From NCBI GenBank assembly GCA_024137785.1, contig JAHRHZ010000111.1, forward strand, positions 31,689,547 through 31,753,546: 64,000 nt of DNA, given 5' to 3'. Position numbers and translations under genes: made by a program. Position 1 is the first letter of the stretch, and every line of letters begins with the position of its first letter. Below, piece after piece: positions 1 through 12,757 of the stretch. The notes under the pieces are model-generated. The model saw only the letters and a program-made list of their open reading frames with translations. It was not told the DNA's origin and searched no databases. This stretch comes from Ginglymostoma cirratum (lineage: Eukaryota).

Positions 1-60
1 GGATATACAATAAATGCTGGCCCAGCCAACGAAGCCCACATTATTTGAATGAATAAAATA
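1..60 (+). mobile_element. 3' tail of the SINE/LINE family seen at 37067-37420 and 5913-7082
   Basis: caataaatgctggcccagccaacgaagcccacatt..gaatgaataaaa matches the 3' ends of those copies. Confidence 0.75.
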
Positions 61-1320
61 GAAGATCTTTATACCTCATGTCACATTCTATGATGCAATA
101 TGACCTTGTCTTGTACCTGCATACTAACTGAGAGAGTTAGAGTTGTGATTTGAATGAACTTGAATAAGCTAACTTGCTAAATGAATCATCACAATTTAAT
201 GATTAGCAAATTGACTGGCTTATCTGTTGTCTTTTGCAAATTCAGATCGCAACATAGCATTTCAAGAAAATTTGTTAATTATTACTGGGGTTCAATCGTA
301 CTGCATTTCAATTTCTAATGACTGCAGTGAACTTGAAAAATGATCAATGTCAAGCAAGTTTGAGGGCAAATCCCATTTATTTTTAAAGGACCAAGATACT
401 TATAGAACTAATTTACTAAGTGCCCTCATCATTTATTGACATGTAAACAAAACAGTTGCATAAATATTTTAGAAACACGTAAGACACAACCAATGCAGCA
501 TGATTTTAAATCATTTACATAATTCAGATAGAGCGTACAACATAGGAAACACCAAGTCAGAGGAGAGGGGTAGATTTGTAAGACAGAGGTCATTGCATGT
601 TTGGAATACCAGCACCCGTAACTGAAGGATTGTTGGTACTCATTTACTGAAGAAATTGTCACTCGTGAGAGCTAAACTAAAAGAGAAAAACAATTTTGTC
701 CTTTGTCCTTCCAAACAGGTGCACAGGAACTAAGTTTAGTTCAAGTGTATCAGTCAGAAAATGGGACTTACCCTCTCGTGAAGTCACTGGGATGATTAAA
801 TCTTGTTCTAGGCTCATTGGATACAGAATAAGACTGGTCAAGGCAACACCCAAAACCACATGAGAACAACTGTGCATTGTCTTGCTGTTGGCCTCAACAT
901 GTCCAGTGCGGCTCTGCAGTGATGAAAGTATCTTCTAGCTTGTCTCTTGCTGGCTTCCAAAAAGAACCTTGACAATTATTTCTTATGAAGACGGTGTTCT
1001 TTGATTATAGGTTGTCTGAGAAAAATGGGGAGAGGCTGCTGCCTCTAACATTAGAAGTTCACAGTGTAATTACAGGCACAGCTCCACACGTTAGTAAATC
1101 ATCACAGGATTTATCAGAGCAATGTCCCTTTTTAGCTACCATTCATCAGAATTGGGAGAATGGGCCAAATTATGTGCTCACATATCACAATCAAATGAAT
1201 TCATCTATACTCCACCACAGAATTAGGGGCTTTGTAAGGAAAACTGGCATGTTTATTTTCTTTTAGCAATACTGATAGATCATATGTACTTGAAAACTAT
1301 TGCATATGGAGCTGTTCCAT

Positions 1321-1890
1321 TTTTTTTAAAATTTAAAAAATATATTTCATTCATAAAAATATCTTTATATACACACATAGCCACTGAAGCAGTTTGGTTC
1401 TGTACAGTACTGTATGGTAAAACAAACAAACATTGGAGTTTGACTCTATCCAGCAAAGAAACCACAGGCCTTTCTTATTCGTGCAAGACTATATTTACAT
1501 ATATTTGAGGCACCAGGGGCATAGGTCTGATAACTGAAAGGACGCTTATTTAAGTTGGGCAGAAAGACCTTAGATAGTGGTCTTTCCCCACTGTGCCTTG
1601 GCAGCAGATGCCTCGAGCTGTAATGGGTACTCATCATGTAGTGCTGGACGTTAGAATGGGCCAGTCTGCAACACATGGCCAATGTCAATGCCTTGCTCTG
1701 GAAGGCCAACAAGTTTTGGGCAGACCAAAGACAGAGTTGATGGTCCTCCAAGCACATTTGATGTTTGTCTTGGTGTGCACCCCAGGGTACAGACTGTAGA
1801 GCACAGAGTTCCGCGTCACAGAGCTGCTTGGGATGAACCTCAACAAAAACCATGGCATCTGTCTCCAGACTTCCTTTGCAAAGCAAAACG
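1321..1890 (-). mobile_element. 5'-truncated Tx1/L1-type LINE (ORF2 C-terminus, 3'UTR, polyA) with 16-bp TSD
   Basis: Minus-strand peptides FAKEVWRQMPWFLLRFIPSSSVT..CAWRTINSV and LWSAQNLLAFQSK..CCRLAHS resemble a Tx1 ORF2 end; T-run at 1321; exact duplication tatggagctgttccat at 1305-1320 and 1891-1906. Confidence 0.85.
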
Positions 1891-2749
1891 TATGGAGCTG
1901 TTCCATCGAAAGATCCATTGGTACCTCCTTACATCATGGCACAATCCTTTTCTCAGCAGCTTGTATAATGTGAAAACTACCTGGAGTGAAATATTTGAAT
2001 CTCAATTGCAATTGTGCCAATGGGTAATCAAGAAACATCTAAAATGATGCAATTAGGTTCTGCAACCCATCAATAAAGACAATGGATATGATTCATTCCA
2101 TTTGTTGCTAATTCTCCTGAAATTTCTGCAGAAGACATACCTCAGGTGAGTAATGTTGTCTTTCCAGGAATTCCACCAATTATGTCCAGCACCAATGTCT
2201 TAGGGCTGTTATTTAAGGACAATAAATGGCAGCCTTTAGGGATAAAGATAATTTTTATTTTTAAAGGGGTCTTTTTGAAGTTTTCTCAAGGGCTTTGTTT
2301 GAGTTTTTGGGGCTACTTTTTCATTTGCACTAACTCTTTTATTAGCTAATGCTGTCATATGGTAGCCATCCCTTGTGTATTGTGTTGACATATGGACTCA
2401 CAGAGAAGCGGAATTAGAATGTTTCATCAATATCTTCAATAATTATCAAATTTCCATTAAATGTAAAACCACTATATACAAGGGAAACATTAGTATTTAA
2501 ATAGGCACAGATATACAGGTGTAAATTAACAAAAGATTATTCTTCAAAATAACTGATACACGTTTCTACACATGAAAGGCTATCAATACACTTTCGACAG
2601 TCTTAAGTCACAGTCAATGCATTTACAATGCTATTTACTGTTTTCAGATCTTAATCTCAGATTTAAAGTTAACAATTGACAACAATCAATGCAATAGGAT
2701 AAAAGGGCATGCAGCGTCTGAAATTATGCAGAGCTACACAGCTTTGCCA

Positions 2750-3760
2750 GAAATGCTCACATCCCAAAAACAAAAACTTCCTGTGAAAATTGGGAAACTC
2801 CCCCCATGGAAATTCACAGCAAGTGCATCTTTCAATTGTAAACTATAGACCAGATATTTCGAATAGGGTTGAAATGTTATTTGAGTCCCTGATCAGATAA
2901 AATGTACCCACTTAACATTAGATGTCTTTTTGGAGATTTTAGACAGGAGTCTCCTGTTACAAAATTTTCCAGGAATCCAAGTATCCAGCCACAATGAATG
3001 TCAGGATGGAAACAGCACCTCCTCTTGAGTCAGTCAGTTGCCATGTTCTGTGCAATAACTGTCCAACAGCATAGTGAGCTGCTTCCAAAGTATGAGTCAA
3101 AGGGTAAGAATGTAAAGTAATTGTGGGGTTAGGGTGCCAGGGTGATAGGATGCCAGATGGGTAGAGTGCCAGGCAAATGATGGAGAGCTTGGGGTAAGTC
3201 ATGGTCAGGAGAGTACTGCATGGGGGAAGAGGTGTCAGGCTGGTGGTGAATGTGTTGTGTCCAGAGAAGTGGAAGGCTGTCAGGCTGGTGGCAGGGGTGT
3301 CCAACCTGTAAGGTTGGGAGTTTGCCAGATCTGGGAGGACATATGAGGTGTGGAAGGGTCAAGCCAGCACTGGGGGTTATTAAACCTGGGAAAGTTGTGG
3401 TCAGCTTAGTGGCTGGATTAGCAGGGCCCAAATGGAGGAAAGAAAGCATGTTGGTTGGTCAGGGTAGTGGGCGGGGCGAGAAGTTTGCTGGGTAAGATGT
3501 TGGTTGTCAGAAGTCTGGGTATTGTATAAGGGGTCAGGGATCATGTAATTAGGGAGGTGTCAGGGTGGTTTTGTGGGGAGTGGGGGGGGGGTTCAATGTA
3601 ATAGATTTCCAGGAGTCAGTGTATTTTTAATCCTCTAGCTTTTCCTGGGTATCTATTAGCTCAAATCAATTTGAACTCTTCTAGTTCTCCTATATTATGA
3701 CCTCTTTCTGAGGGTGCCTGTAGGAAAATCCATTTTCCTGGGAAATTCCCACAAGACTTT
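2750..3760. repeat. Old unclassified repeat-like segment with G-rich, strand-skewed core
   Basis: 3100-3600 is strongly G-rich on + with recurring gtcagg/ggtgg words and a G-run near 3582-3591; no credible ORF. Confidence 0.3.
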
Positions 3761-4709
3761 TCACATGCATTAGTCTAGTCTGCACTGCTCCAAGGCCATT
3801 GGAATAATTGAGTCAATGTTTGCATCCAGCACTCACAAACTGGATACTGGAGGAGTCACATGCAGAGCATGATTCTGTCTGCTACCCCAACAATATGTCC
3901 TCTGCATCTGAGTCATTTTTCCTTGCTTGATACATGTTGTCTGAGTGAGGTTGCCAACTCACTTACAATTAGATCCAAATTATGGTCAATTTTTGTACTG
4001 TGGGCTTGTATCCAACAGAAACTGGGTGGAAACTGTCAGAGTTAATTACACTTAGAACACTGACAGCTGACAATCGGAGTTGTAAAATGATAATATTTTA
4101 ACTTGCTTGAGGGCTCAAGTAATCCACATGGATGTAAGAGCTAAGCATATAATTTTAAAGCACACTGTAAATTGAATTAGATTCTGATGGATTAATTAAG
4201 ACGGCACAATATTTTTGACTACAAGATCCAAGTTTAAGTTACAGGGATAAATTGTAACCCTCCCTGATCTTTGGAAACCAGACAGATAATAAAAGCAAGT
4301 AGATTATATGCTCAGAACTCTGCCCTTTCCTACTGTCTCTAATGCGAACCTGTTGGGGTTGCAGACAGATGAGATATTGAACAAAAGCAGACAGGTGCCT
4401 CATACATTTATGCAAATTGGGGTCAGTTGTAACCGGTGATGAAGCATTGCCTTTCTATCTCAGGCTGAAACAAGTCACTCAGCAGGTGATAGGAAAGACA
4501 AAGAGGTTCTTCAAGTCAAAATTTTTCCTTGTGGGATTGCAGGAGGGATAGGAGTGTTCTTTCGGACCACAAGAAAATCAATGACCCCAGATACCACCAC
4601 ATAGAACACCTTGAATCCTTTCTCTGTTGAAACCATCTTGAAATCTTCTCCTTGCTACTGATTGAAGAGGCAATCAAAAGTCACTCAATTTTCTTCTGCA
4701 GGCGGCTGC

Positions 4710-5012
4710 TTGATATCCTCTTGCTATTATCTGGAACAACAGGGCACAGTTTCAAAATAAAGGGCACCCATTTAAAACTGAGCTAGGGAGAATTTTATCA
4801 GAGATAATAGGTATTTTTTTCTGGTAGGGTTGTTAGTCTGTCTAATTTTATTCCCCATAGATCTGTGAGGGCCAGGTCATTCGATATGTTCGAGGCTGAG
4901 TTAGATTTTTGATTGACAAAAAAGTCAAGTATTATGAGGGGGTTGGGAGGAGAGTGGAGTTGAAACCACAGTCAGATGAGCCATGATCTTATTAAATGGC
5001 AGTATAGGCTTG
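4710..5012 (+). mobile_element. Degraded CR1 LINE 3' fragment
   Basis: agggcacagtttcaaaataaagggc..ccatttaaaactgag..ttcgaggctgagttagatt..gccatgatcttattaaatggc, similar to other CR1 3' ends in the window. Confidence 0.7.
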
Positions 5013-5064
5013 TTAGAGTTTTATGAGGATATTACTTGTACCAAAGGAACAATGGATATGGTGT

Positions 5065-5283
5065 AACAAGCATGGGGCTGGATGAACACAGCAGGTCAAG
5101 CAGCATCATAGGAGCAGGAAAACTTGACGTTTCAGGCCTAGACCCTTCATCAGAAATGATGAAGGGTCTAGGCCCGAAATGTCAAGTTTTCCTGCTCCTA
5201 TGATGCTGCTTGACCTGCTGTGTTCATCCAGCCCCATGCTTGTTATCTCAGATTCTCCAGCATCTGCAGTACCTTTTATCTCT
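5065..5283. mobile_element. Palindromic Penelope-like pseudo-LTR element (family A) with hammerhead motifs and 14-bp TSD
   Basis: Inverted arms 5065-5152 and 5157-5244 plus a ~39-nt tail; aatggatatggtgt duplicated at 5051-5064 and 5284-5297; arms match the 3' end of the GIY-YIG element at 21550-21637. Confidence 0.9.
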
Positions 5284-5433
5284 AATGGATATGGTGTGTC
5301 TGGATTTTCAAAAGAGTTATGATAAGGTCCCACCAAAATGGATTAGTAAACAAATTAAAGAGATTTGAATGGAGGGTGGATTGTTTAACAGCCAGAATGT
5401 GGACATTCGGAATAAAGGGATTATTTTCTGGAT

Positions 5434-5556
5434 GGGATAGTAAGAACTGCCGATGCTGGAGTCAGAGATAACACAGTGTGGAGCTGGAGGAACACAGCAG
5501 GCCAGGCAGCTTCAGACGTGCAGGAAAGCTGTTGTTTCAGGTCAGGGCCCTTCCTC
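5434..5556 (-). mobile_element. Diverged solo Penelope-like pLTR (family A-related) inserted in CR1
   Basis: gatgctggagtcagagataacacagtgtggagctggaggaacacagcaggcc..cccttcctcag. Confidence 0.8.
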
Positions 5557-5912
5557 AGGCTGGCAGGTTGTTACTAATGGGGTACTGAAAGGATGAATGC
5601 CAAGCCCAATGCATTCATTTAAATGATTTAAATGAGGTGGCCAATTGTAATATTTCCACATTTGCCGATGGCTCAAAATCAAGTGGGAATGAGATGGATG
5701 AAATGATGCTTCAAGGGGACATAGATAAGCAGAGTAAATGGGCTAAAACATGGCAGATGGAATGTAATGTGAAAAAGTGTGAAGTCATCTACTTTGGGAG
5801 AAAATAAAAACCCAGAAAAGCAGAATATTTCTTAAATGGTGAGAAGTTGGGAAGGGCTTGTGTCCAATGTGACCTGGATTTGCTTAGATGTTATTGAAAG
5901 CTAGCAGGCAAG

Positions 5913-7082
5913 TTTTTTTTTATTCATTTGTGGGATGTGGGCGTTGCTGGCTGGCTAGCATTACCTGCCCTTCCCTAGTTGCCCTTGAGAAGATGGTGAT
6001 GAGCTGCTTTCTTGAACTGCTACAGTCGTCCTGCCATGGGTTGGCCCACAATGCTATTAGAGAGGGAATTCCAGGGTTTTGGCCCAGCGACAGTGAAGGA
6101 ACAGTGATATATTTCCAAGTCAGGATGGTGAGTGACTTGGAGGGGAACATGGAGGTGGTGGTGTTCCCATATATCTGCTGTTCTTGTCCTTCTAGATGGA
6201 AATGTTTGTGGGTTTGGAAGGTGCTATCTGAGGATCTTTGGTGAATTTCTGCAGTGCATCTTGTAGATAGTACACACTGCTCCTACAGAGCGTCGGTGGT
6301 GGAGGGAGTGAATGCTTGTTGATGTAGTGCCAATCAAGTGGGCTGCTTGATCTTGGATGGTGTCAAGCTTCTTGAGTGTTGATGGGGCTGCACTCATCCA
6401 GTCAAGTGGGGAGTATTCCATCACAGTCCTGACTTGTGCCTTGTAGCTGGTGGACAGGCTTTGAGGAGTCAGGAAGTGAGTTACTCTCCGCAGTTTTCAC
6501 AGCTCCTGGCCTGGTCTTGTAGCCAATCTGTTTATGCGTTGAGTCCAGTTGAGTTTCTGGTAAATGGTAACCCCCAGAATGTTGATAGTGGGGGATTCAG
6601 TGATGGTAACACCTTTGAACGTCAGGGCGTGGTGGTTAGATTGTCTCTTATTGGTGATGGTCATAGCTTGGCATTTGTGTGGCATGAATGTCACTTGCCA
6701 CTTGTCAGCCCAAGCCTGGATATTGTTCAGATCTTGTTGCATGTGAACATGGACTGCCTCAGTATCTGAGGAGTCACGAATGGTGCTGAGCATTGTGCAA
6801 TCATTGGTGAACATACTCACTGCTGACCTTATGATGGCCGGAAGGTCATTGATGAAGCAACTGAAGCTAGTTGGGCCAAAGACACTACCCTTAGGAACTC
6901 CTGCAGACATGTCCTGGAGTTGAGATGATTGACCTCCTACGACCACGACCATCTTCCTATGTGTCAGGTTTGACTCCAACCACTGGAGCGTTTGCCCCAT
7001 GATACCCATTGATTTCAGTTTTGCCAGGTCTCCTTGATGCCACACTCGGTCGAATGCAGCCTTGATATCAAGGGCTGTCATG
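5913..7082 (-). mobile_element. 5'-truncated CR1/L2-group LINE with RT domain and intact 3' tail
   Basis: ORF 6497-7096: ALDIKAAFDRVWHQG..GVPKGSVFGP..FTNDCT (decayed YADD)..WADKWQVTF; polyA appears as the T-run at 5913. Confidence 0.9.
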
Positions 7083-7087
7083 AGTAC

Positions 7088-7685
7088 GGCAAGCAATTAC
7101 TGTGTTAGCCTTTTCTGCAAGGGGATTCAAGTCCAGAAGTAAAGATGTCTCGCTGCAATTGTATACAAACTTGGTAAGACATCATTTGGAATATTGGTCT
7201 TCTTATTCATAGAAGAATACACTTGCAGTAGAGAGAGTGTGATATAGACTGGCCAACCTAATCCTTGGCTTGGTGGAGCTGCCTTATAAGGAGAGAATGA
7301 GAAAACTGTACCTGCAATCTTTAAATTTTGAAGAATGAAAGATGATCCATTGAATTTTACAAAATTCTTCCAGGGTATGACAACATAAATGTAGAAATGA
7401 TATTTCTACTGGCTGGTGAGCGTAGGATTTGGGACATAATATTACAATAAGAGAGAGATAGGATATTTAAGACTGAAGTGAGGAGGAACTTCTTCACTTA
7501 GAGGGTGGTGAATCATTGGAATTCTCTACTCCAGAGGACTGTGGAAGCTCAATCATCTAATATGTTCAAGGCTGAGATCAATAGACTAAAGAAATCAAGG
7601 GATATGAAAGTAGTGTGGGAAAGGTGCATTGACGTATGGTCAAAAAAGCTTAGACTAGCCTATTTATGTTCTCATATTCCTATGC
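7088..7685 (+). mobile_element. CR1 LINE 3' part (continuation of 5030-5912)
   Basis: LQLYTNLVRHHLEY-like motif; RRNFFT-RVVNHWNSLLQRTVEAQS; tail ttctcatattcctatg. Confidence 0.8.
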
Positions 7686-8394
7686 TTGACAGGAAAAAAA
7701 AAGTCTACTTCCGCCCCTATTTCTAGTGAAATCTTCTAAGTCAGCCAGGCACGGTCTTCTGTCGTCGTGGGAAGCAATGAAATTCTGACTAAGAAATAAT
7801 TCTGACACCATTCCAGTCAGTCATCCATTCTACCATCAAAGGAGGTGTCCACAGGCTGGATTTTGTAGCATCATTATTAAGTGCAATGAAGATTTTCATA
7901 ATTGAACCGAAATTGTTGACAGAAATCCAAATATTGATATGAGAACAACTAGAATGGTCTAAGCAGCAAACTCATCTCTTGTAGCATATAAGATATCGAA
8001 GTACAAAGTCTAAAATTAAAGTACTATTTAAATTCAGGTACTATTTAAACTAGCTTTCAATTATTAGAATCCTGATGAAAATCCCACAGGGGACAATGAT
8101 ACAATGTTTGACAATGTGTAGTGCTACTGCACAATAGAATTTTGTATTTTCAGAATCTGAGGCTTAATGCTAATAGAAAGTGCTGCACAATTATTGCCTT
8201 AGGCATTTTAGTTTATTTTATATATTTCAGTCAGGGATGTCCTTATAATGTATATCGAGCTCTGGTCAGAGGCCATATAAAATGCGCATACAATCCCCAA
8301 TCTTAGCAGCTGAGTCTTTGTAATGGTTCTGCTTTTTAATTGCAATTTTCCATATTTCTGTGCAACTGATGGAGCTAAATTCCTTTTGTTGTGA

Positions 8395-8680
8395 GATCGT
8401 AAGAACTTAAGGTATGAGAATGTAAGCCTTATGACCTTTCGAGCCTGCTCTGCTGTGAGTAAGACTGTGGCTGATCTGATCCTGGCCACAACTCCACTCT
8501 CCAACATGCTTCCCGCGACCCCTTGGCTCACCTATAGTTTAAGAACCTATCTTAGCTTTGAACATGCTCCATGATTCAGCTTCCACCATTTTCTGGGGTA
8601 AAGAACTCATGAATCACTGAGAGAAGAAATTCCTCATAATCTCCATTTTAAACAGGTCACCTCTTATTCTGAAACTGCAG
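8395..8680 (-). mobile_element. CR1 LINE 3' end fragment
   Basis: Reverse complement of the CR1 tail (agagaagaaattcctcataatctccattttaaacagg..cttattctgaaactg). Confidence 0.7.
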
Positions 8681-9779
8681 TTGGTATCTTCCAAAAGTGA
8701 GGAAGATTGGAAGAGACAAATCCATGACTAGCGCCGATGTGAAAGCTCAGCAGGTTTCCTCGCAATCGGATACCTCATTGCCGGATTGTGGGCTTTTAAC
8801 TGGAATTAGGACTCAGAAGGAGGAAGTCCCAGCTGCCAAGAGCAACTGGCCATTCAGAGGCTGGCAGCTCCAGAACTGGGTAATGCCACAGAAGAGACTG
8901 TAACTCCTGCAGGTTCAACAACCCTAGACTTCCAGATTGGAACGGCAAACACAGAGAACCTAATTGCTGTTTAGGGGACAGGTTCACAGAGTGGTCATCA
9001 TAGGGAAAGAGTGCCATAAGGGTCAGAAACAAGAACAGAAGGTGGTATTTCAGGCCACACTCCTGCTTTTGAGCAATTCCTCAACCATGAACAGGTCATT
9101 GCAGATCGAGCGATCTCTCCCCTCAGCTGACACTCTGCCCGTACTGCTTACGAGGTCAAATAGGCCAACCCTTTCTCATCCAGCCTGGAGCTGAAATGAC
9201 TGTGACCTCCCAGGAATTGCCCCTTAAAAGGATATTAATAGATTACTTAATGACTTCAGTTGGAGGCAGGGAAAAAAGGTGGAATTTGAACTTTGCCACC
9301 CAAAACCCGACGCAGGTGGAGGTGGGATAATGGCAGGGTCCTGGTATGGAACAATCCCGTCTAGTTAAGTTCTCCTTCTCTCTTCTATCCTATGCCCCCT
9401 AGCTACAGACTAAAATCCTCTCAAAATCGACCCTGTCAAGCAGCCCCCCAAGTATAACCTGTTATTTTTCTAAATTTTAATGAATGTAGGTCAAAACTGC
9501 TTAAACATTTCTCATAAAACAATCTTTTCAGCTCAAGAATCAATAAATATTCTCCGAACTGCCCATAGTGCAAGTATATGCATGTGTGTTAGGAATCATG
9601 GTGAAACACATTGACAGATCTGAATGACTGAACTACATCTGTTACTCTTGTCTGTTCTCCAGGCGACAGCCATGAAGTGTTATTTTGAGAAGAACTAAGA
9701 GCAACTCATTGGACATACTGTCTCCTTGCAGATTGTGGAGAAGGCATGCCAGGAAAGTCCATGTGAATCTCATGAGATT

Positions 9780-9910
9780 TTAACAACCTGGCATTTTGTC
9801 ATCAGCAATATTTACAGCAAGACATATTAGACAAAATCTGTGTGCAGAAGCCACAAGCTTCCCCAAGGAGGTCATCACATAAGCCTATACATGCTTGCAG
9901 CCAGATACTT
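9780..9910 (+). pseudogene. Possible Harbinger/HARBI1-like transposase N-terminal relic
   Basis: Translates to SFPKEVIT*AYTCLQPD, resembling RFxKExxxELCxLLxPDL. Confidence 0.3.
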
Positions 9911-10029
9911 ATTTAGCTAGTTAGCAGGCATGAGAGCTATCAGGGCAGTCAAGAAGCCTTCAATGTTTGGAATTGATCTGAGTGATAGTGAGAGATGTCT
10001 GCTGAGTTACCAAATTTCATTGCATATTT

Positions 10030-10212
10030 GCTTTATTTGGTCTGATAAGTGGCAATTAACATTTGCACCACCTTGTACAAGGCTATAGCCATTTCCACAA
10101 AAGAGAATCTATCCACTTTTCCTTGACATTCATTGGTATCCCCATTGCTGAACTCCCCACCATCATTTTCTGGGAATACCATTGACCAGAAACTTACCTG
10201 GACCAACCATAT
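10030..10212 (+). mobile_element. Fragment of the LINE family at 5913-7082
   Basis: gataagtggcaattaacatttg..actcccccaccatc..accattgaccagaaacttacctggacc matches the reverse complement of ~6530-6715. Confidence 0.7.
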
Positions 10213-11454
10213 TTTGGAGATTCCTGTTTTTCGGACTGGAGGAACGATACAGTTACGTTCTCCAGGGGTTAATGTTAGAAACCCTGCCTTTGCTGATATG
10301 TTTTATCATCTGGACCTGGCCAGGGCACCGTTTGGAAATAATGTATGCTATAAAACAGCTCTGACAACTTTAGTCTATTTAAAAATTTTGCATTTCTTTC
10401 ACAAATTTATCAAAGGAGCCACTATAGTGCTGAAATCCAGAAGAAAGTTTCAATAAAGTCAGACTCTTGTCATCATATGTCAGAATTTCACGGTTTGTCT
10501 TCAGCACAGGGAAATCCAAGGTAGCCCTCATTTTTCCTCTTTAGGTGCCATTTGGCTTTGGTCCACAGTATGACCCAAATAAGTCTCTTCTGCTTTGTCA
10601 AATGCACTTTTATGTATACTTATGGCCAAATTGGCACTTAGTGATTGATCAAATTGTTCAATTAAGTAGTACAAATATTCTTCCTAGGTTTGGCTAAATC
10701 CAACCAAGTTGATGGTGTAGATTATGCAGTTACATAGTTCTTTAATTATTTTGGTCAATCATTGGAAAGTTGCTGATGCATTTTTCATTCCAAATTGCAT
10801 GACTTTACAATTATGAAATCCATCCAGTGTTAATAAAGTTTCTCTCAACCTGTTAGTCAATGTAACTTGTCTATATGCTTTTAACAAGTCAATTTTAGTC
10901 ATATTCATACAATTCTTTCAATACAGTATTCTACTTGTGGGATCAGATAGGAATCCTTCTTCATTTAATTCTAAATGCTGGGTGATTACTTTAAGCGTCT
11001 TATCCTTGAGAGGCTCGACTGGTATTTCTACTTTCAATTTATCTGCTAAGTCTCTCAGTTTAGTCCTCATCAAATTTTTTCAAATATTCCACTGTTATGT
11101 CTTCTATTCCTAGAAATGTCTTGGCAATACTCAAAGCCATTTTGAGATTTCAATCAGCTTAATAAACTTTACAACAATTCTCCTGTTTCATGTTCTCCAC
11201 ATGCTCTTTTTTGAAAAGACACAAAAGCTCCACTGAAGTTCAATTCATTTCAATCCCAAAACAACACCAATTTGATATAATTGCATCTGATATTAATACT
11301 ACGCATCAGATCCCAGATTGAAACTTGGTTTGATAGATAATCTGTTTAAGATTTTGACTGGTTACCATGGCAGCTGGACACTGAAACATATTCATTAGAG
11401 GCTGCACATGTTCATAAATTCAGTACACAAGAAAAGCTAAATATATATCTACAC

Positions 11455-12200
11455 GGGCTTCTAAATGGCAGATAAAATTTGCTGCAGAGAAGTGTTAAGC
11501 GATTAATTTTGACAGGGAAAATGATGATAACTAGTATAAACTAAAGGTTACAATTCTAAAGAGGATGCAGGGGGATATGGGACTATATGTGAATAAATCA
11601 CTGATGCTGGTAGAGCAGGTTGAGAATGCCTTAATAAATCAAATGGGACCCTGGGCTTTAAAAGTAGAAGCATTGAGTACAAGTGCAGAGAACTTAAGAT
11701 AGACCTGTATAAATCACTGGGTCAGCTGCAATTAGAACATTGTGTCATTAAAGAAAAAGAGGAGTAGACAGGATGCAGTAAAGATTCATGGAAATGGTTC
11801 CTGTGATAGGGAACTTCAGTAATCTGGATAGATTAGAGAAGCTGGTGCTGTTTATCTTGGAAGAGACAGATTAACAAGAGATTTTATGGAAGTGTTCAAA
11901 ATAATGAGAACATAGTAGACAGGGAAGAACTGCTTCCATTAGCACAGGGGTGAAAAGCAGAATGTACTCATTCGAGGAAACTAACAAAACAGTCAATAGC
12001 AACAGGAGGAAAAGATGTTTTTACAGAGTGAGTGGTTAGAATCCACAAAATATTGTTGAGAATGTGGTGAAGGTCACTTCAGTCGTGGCTTTCCAAGGAG
12101 AATTGGACAATTTCTAAAGAGAAAATATATGCATGGCTAACGGAAATGACAGGGTGTTGGGATGAGATGAGTTGCCCTGCAGTGATCTTCTCAAGTGCAA
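11455..12200 (+). mobile_element. Old CR1 LINE 3' region
   Basis: aaatggcagataaaattt..gagaagtgt; LYKSLGQLQLEHCV motif; gattagagaagctggtgctgtttatcttgga. Confidence 0.75.
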
Positions 12201-12402
12201 GTTGGGGCTGGTAACAAATGCTGTCAGAGCACGCAATGTTCTTATCACAGCAACAGGTTGTAAAAAATAAATCTCAGGACAAGAGCAGAAAATATAGTGG
12301 TGAAATACATAAAGTGAAATACTGCAAAGGCTGGAAATCTGGAAAAAAAAACAGAAAATACCCTATACTGGAAATACTCAGTCTAGCAGGACCTATGGAC
12401 AC

Positions 12403-12424
12403 AGAGAGAGAGAGAGAGAGAGAG
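12403..12424. repeat. (AG)11 microsatellite at the end of an old pLTR-like remnant (12310-12424)
   Basis: Direct read. Confidence 0.9.
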
Positions 12425-12757
12425 CTGAAAGGCAGGATCTTTGGGCCACACTGAGGTTGGGAACAGAATTGGATGGGGCTTGAAAATCAGTTGCTTGCCA
12501 ATCTCCCAACTCCAATCTCCAAGAAAAGGTTCTTTTGACCAAGGCTGAATTGGAATAGGCATGGCTGCCCACCCCTATTAGACAGCTAACCAGTTAAACT
12601 GATTACAACCTTTGTTTCTTCAGGATTTTCCATTCGTGCTCCAGTCTTCTGATGTGATAGGGACAGATCAATGCCTGCAGACAGGCACCAAGCATCAGGT
12701 CTGGGTACTAGTACCCCAGTCAAACTCACAGACCATCATCCCTGCCTGTTGTTAAGC

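Larger units (their letters stand above)
5030..5912 (+). mobile_element. Degraded CR1 LINE RT region (interrupted by pLTR insertions; continues at 7088-7685)
   Basis: Remnants of DVVxLDFQKAFDKVPH, FADD-like (tttgccgatgg) and WQMECNVKKCEVIYFGRK motifs. Confidence 0.8.

Noticed and set aside
677-1266. Splice-like signals (minus-strand gtaagt at 771, acceptor at ~677) and ORF 985-1266 containing CPFLA, reminiscent of ALAS heme-regulatory motifs
   Set aside because: Joining the minus exons gives an immediate stop, and the rest of the plus ORF does not resemble ALAS.
2056-2151. Strong donor cag/gtgagt at 2146
   Set aside because: No recognisable peptide or convincing acceptor; expected by chance.
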